Below, piece by piece: positions 61,036 through 64,000 of a DNA stretch of 64,000 bases (position 1 is the first letter of the stretch; each line of letters opens with the position of its first letter). This DNA is from Octopus sinensis (lineage: Eukaryota). Both the position numbers and the translations under genes were made by a program. Location: assembly GCF_006345805.1 (NCBI RefSeq), contig NC_043015.1, forward strand, positions 28,892,001 to 28,956,000, read 5' to 3'. The notes under the pieces were generated by a model. The model saw nothing but the letters and a program-made list of their open reading frames with translations, was not told the DNA's origin and searched no databases.

Positions 61036-61601
61036 AGGCAGGGAAGAAGGAAGAAATCTGTCCAAGTGCAGCATATTACTTTAGCTTTTCATTGGTGAAA
61101 GGTTACAAAATACAAGTATTATGACTGGTTGGAGATACATAGTATGTGAGATACAGAGTGGCTGCACTCATTCAATGGACAAGAGTATTGCAGTTTCAAA
61201 TTTTTGTTCAGATTCTAAACAGCTTTGATGTAGACCGACATTACATGCTCTCTATATAAGTAGGAGGAAGAACTGGGTATCATATTAATGCAGGGGAGGG
61301 TTAACCGTAACTAGGATGACATGTGGTGGAAAGACAAAGAGGTTGAAGGTACCTGAGTAGTGGAGGTATGAAACCAGCTAGCTTTGAGGAACCAATGTTG
61401 CTATAAGAGTAACAAAAATGAGAGAGAGAAGAAACAATATGTTTGTCAGTAACTGAATGCAAATCAGCTCTGTGGCTCCTCCGGATGTGGTTCTATGTTC
61501 CACTGTTACAGGCCTTCAGATCATTCCAGAATAACTTAGATCATGGCTAGGTTATTTCCAACGAATTAATGCAACTCAAAAAATTAATGCAATGTTCTCA
61601 C

Positions 61602-61673
61602 CGTGTAACTTGCGGACAACTTGTGTTATCACAACCATTGCTTCTGATCTTATCACAGAATATTTCATATTAC
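61602..61673 (-). CDS. ECPAS: ECM29/ECPAS exon (GNMKYSVIRSEAMVVITQVVRKLH)
   Basis: ttctgttttgtag acceptor, G|gtgaga donor, phase 1 to 1; similar to recalled [22 protein letters not shown]. Confidence 0.85.
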
Positions 61674-62195
61674 CTACAAAACAGAAATTCAAACATTTAA
61701 TGAGAGAAACACAGATTTGAAATTAGGAAAGAGGTTATTGGAGCAGGTTTGCTTTCTAAACATGCAGTTTGGGATCCAGTCTCACTGCATGGGATCTTGA
61801 GCAATTATCTTCTAGTATAGTCCCAAACCTTGTGAGTGGATCAGGTTGACAGAAACTGAATGAAGCTCATCAGTGTGTGTGTGTTCCCTTGTCTTGACAT
61901 CACTGTCTATTGACTGGACACAGGCTGGAAAGCAGAGCATTTTCCAATCGAAGTCGGATGTAGAGTTTGTTGGACAGAGTGTGAGACGACTCATCGTAAA
62001 GTCAATACCACCATGACCGATATCCAAACTACAGTGGAGAAGGCTAGCCACTGGATTTGGTTAAAAAGAGACAATGAGCGATGGCTAGAAGGGTTAATAT
62101 AATAATGAAGATATGCAGCTAAAGTGGCTGGCATTGAATGAGAAAACAAAAGAAAAAAAATTAACAGTAACAAATGAAAGGTGTTTAAAACTCAC

Positions 62196-62293
62196 CTAAA
62201 CATGGTATCACAGACGAGAGTATTTGGTTGATAATCTTACTAACCATTGCAACATTATTGCTCACTGCATTCTGGTCTTTCCAGATTAATAGC
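62196..62293 (-). CDS. ECPAS: ECM29/ECPAS exon (RLLIWKDQNAVSNNVAMVSKIINQILSSVIPCL)
   Basis: ttttttcataatag acceptor, G|gtgagt donor, phase 2 to 1. Confidence 0.85.
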
Positions 62294-62335
62294 CTATTAT
62301 GAAAAAACAAAAAAAAACACAATTAACAAACAATA

Positions 62336-62710
62336 GGCGCAGGAGTGGCTGTGTGGTAAGTAGCTTGCTAACCAACCACATGGCATCTTGGGCAAGTGTC
62401 TTCTATTATAGCCTCGGGCTGACCAATGCCTTGTGAGTGGATTTGGTAGAAGGAAACTGAAAGAAGCCTGTCATATATATGTATATATATATATATATGT
62501 GTGTGTGTGTTTTGTCCCCCTAGCATTGCTTGACAACCGATGCTGGTGTGTTTACGTCCCCGTCACTTAGCGGTTCAGCAAAAAAGAGACCGATAGAATA
62601 AGTACTGGGCTTACAAAGAATAAGTCCCGGGGTCGATTCGCTCGACTAAAGGCGGTGCTCCAGCATGGCCGCAGTCAAATGACTGAAACAAGTAAAAGAG
62701 CAAAGAGAGT
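62336..62710 (+). mobile_element. S1 SINE with internal deletion in the head
   Basis: Family match. Confidence 0.85.
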
Positions 62711-63124
62711 ACAAACTTGAATCAGAAGCATGGAAGTGTTTGGTTAGCTTCAAGTGTAAACCACTGAATAAGAAATGTTCATTTTATGAGGAAAACAATA
62801 AAAATCAAACAGACTTTTCTCCCATAACCACACAGTTAAACAACTAAACCCAAAGATCCGTAGCTCACACCAAATATACCCACATTGTGCTCTCTAACAG
62901 ACAGTGATTTATTATTATTTGGTATACAGTGTGACTATCTGGCTATGTATTATTTTCCTTCGGTCCCTATTCTGTTTCTGCATGCTGGCAGACTCACCTC
63001 AGAAGTGAAGAAGCTATATGCAAAGTACACTAATGGCTATTTTCTGCAGTGACCTTAAGTTGTGTTCATCTCAGCACAGCGTTTGGAGTTAATGACGTTA
63101 TCAATATCAATGGAAATTGTAGTT

Positions 63125-63375
63125 GTGATACCAGTGCTGGTGGCACGTAAAAGAACCATCCGATCGTGGCCGTTGCCAGCCTTGCCTGGCACGTAAAAAG
63201 CACCCACTACACTCATGGAGTGGTTGGTGTTAGGAAGGGCATCCAGCTGTAGAAACGCTGTCAGATCAGACTGGGCCTGGTGCAGCCTCCTGGCTTCCCA
63301 GACCCTGGTTGAACCATCCAACCTGTGCTAGCATGGAGAACGGACGTTAAACGATGAAAATGATGATGATGAATA
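63125..63375 (+). mobile_element. R3 element
   Basis: Family body and (GAT)n tail. Confidence 0.7.
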
Positions 63376-63594
63376 CTGGCCATTTTGCGTGTAATGTTTT
63401 TCTTACAGTCAATCTCTTCGTATCAAGAGGCCACAGTGCCAAGTACAATGGATATGTACAAAAACAGACACACTCTCAGACAAACATACATACATACAAA
63501 ATACACACAACACACACAGAGACAAACAAAGGTATCTACAAAAACACACACACAGACACACCTACTCACCACATCAATGTATTAGACTACTCAC

Positions 63595-63700
63595 CTGTCC
63601 AGATATTTCTGTATGGACTTCATTATTGAAATCTGTATCTTCCACACACCTCTCATCAATGACTGACACAGCTGCTCACAAAACAACTCTTGATAGGTGG
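63595..63700 (-). CDS. ECPAS: ECM29/ECPAS exon (TYQELFCEQLCQSLMRGVWKIQISIMKSIQKYLDR)
   Basis: tttttcttatcag acceptor, AG|gtgagt donor, phase 1 to 2; similar to recalled [32 protein letters not shown]. The gene continues beyond the window. Confidence 0.85.
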
Positions 63701-64000
63701 CTGATAAGAAAAAGAAAAAAAAGAGAACATTAATAGTTTCGTGGTTTGTCCTGAAGGCAAGGATAATAAATGTTGGGATAGATACAGTGTTTACACTAAG
63801 AGAGAAAATGTGTGTCTGTCAATCCACACATATTGTACGCATTTCCCACTTTGTAGTGGCACTCTGTTTAGCTATGATGATGTGGGTTCCAGTTGATCCA
63901 ATCAACGGAACAGCCTGCTCGCGAAATTAACGTGCAAGTGGCTGAGCACTCCACAGACACGTGTACCCTTAATGTAGTTCTCAAGGAAATTCAATGTGAC

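Noticed and set aside
62992-63060. Strong minus-strand donor (GAG|gtgagt) inside the ECM29 intron
   Set aside because: The 56-nt segment upstream has stops in all frames, and a shorter 16-nt candidate would shift the frame; the ECM29 chain is complete without it.

Overview
AT-rich, repeat-dense eukaryotic genomic DNA. The SINE/MITE landscape looks like an octopus (coleoid cephalopod); this is inferred from repeat content and not confirmed. Two convergent spliced genes were assembled by hand from splice signals and reading-frame phase. (1) Plus strand, about 1690-50901: 14 phase-compatible exons (3531 nt, about 1176 aa; 5' end uncertain) encode an MGA-like (MAX gene-associated) protein with the Cys-rich MGA/DUF4801 domain (CDKEYCRLGCIC) and a C-terminal Myc-class bHLH-leucine zipper. 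No T-box is visible in the window. (2) Minus strand, 63700-60320: the last four exons of ECM29/ECPAS (proteasome adaptor). Introns are filled with tRNA-derived SINEs, an RTE-like bipartite retroelement, CR1 and RTE LINE fragments, piggyBac and hAT MITEs, a piggyBac deletion derivative, a mariner relic, non-autonomous Helitrons and microsatellites. The most striking observation is a set of (TA)n-associated long palindromes. One (59591-59742) lies in the probable ECM29 3'UTR and contains a minimal type-I hammerhead ribozyme plus its inverted copy. Its single mismatch falls on catalytic G5 of the copy on the ECM29 mRNA strand, about 30 nt upstream of the first AATAAA. No CRISPR, rRNA or true tRNA genes were seen.
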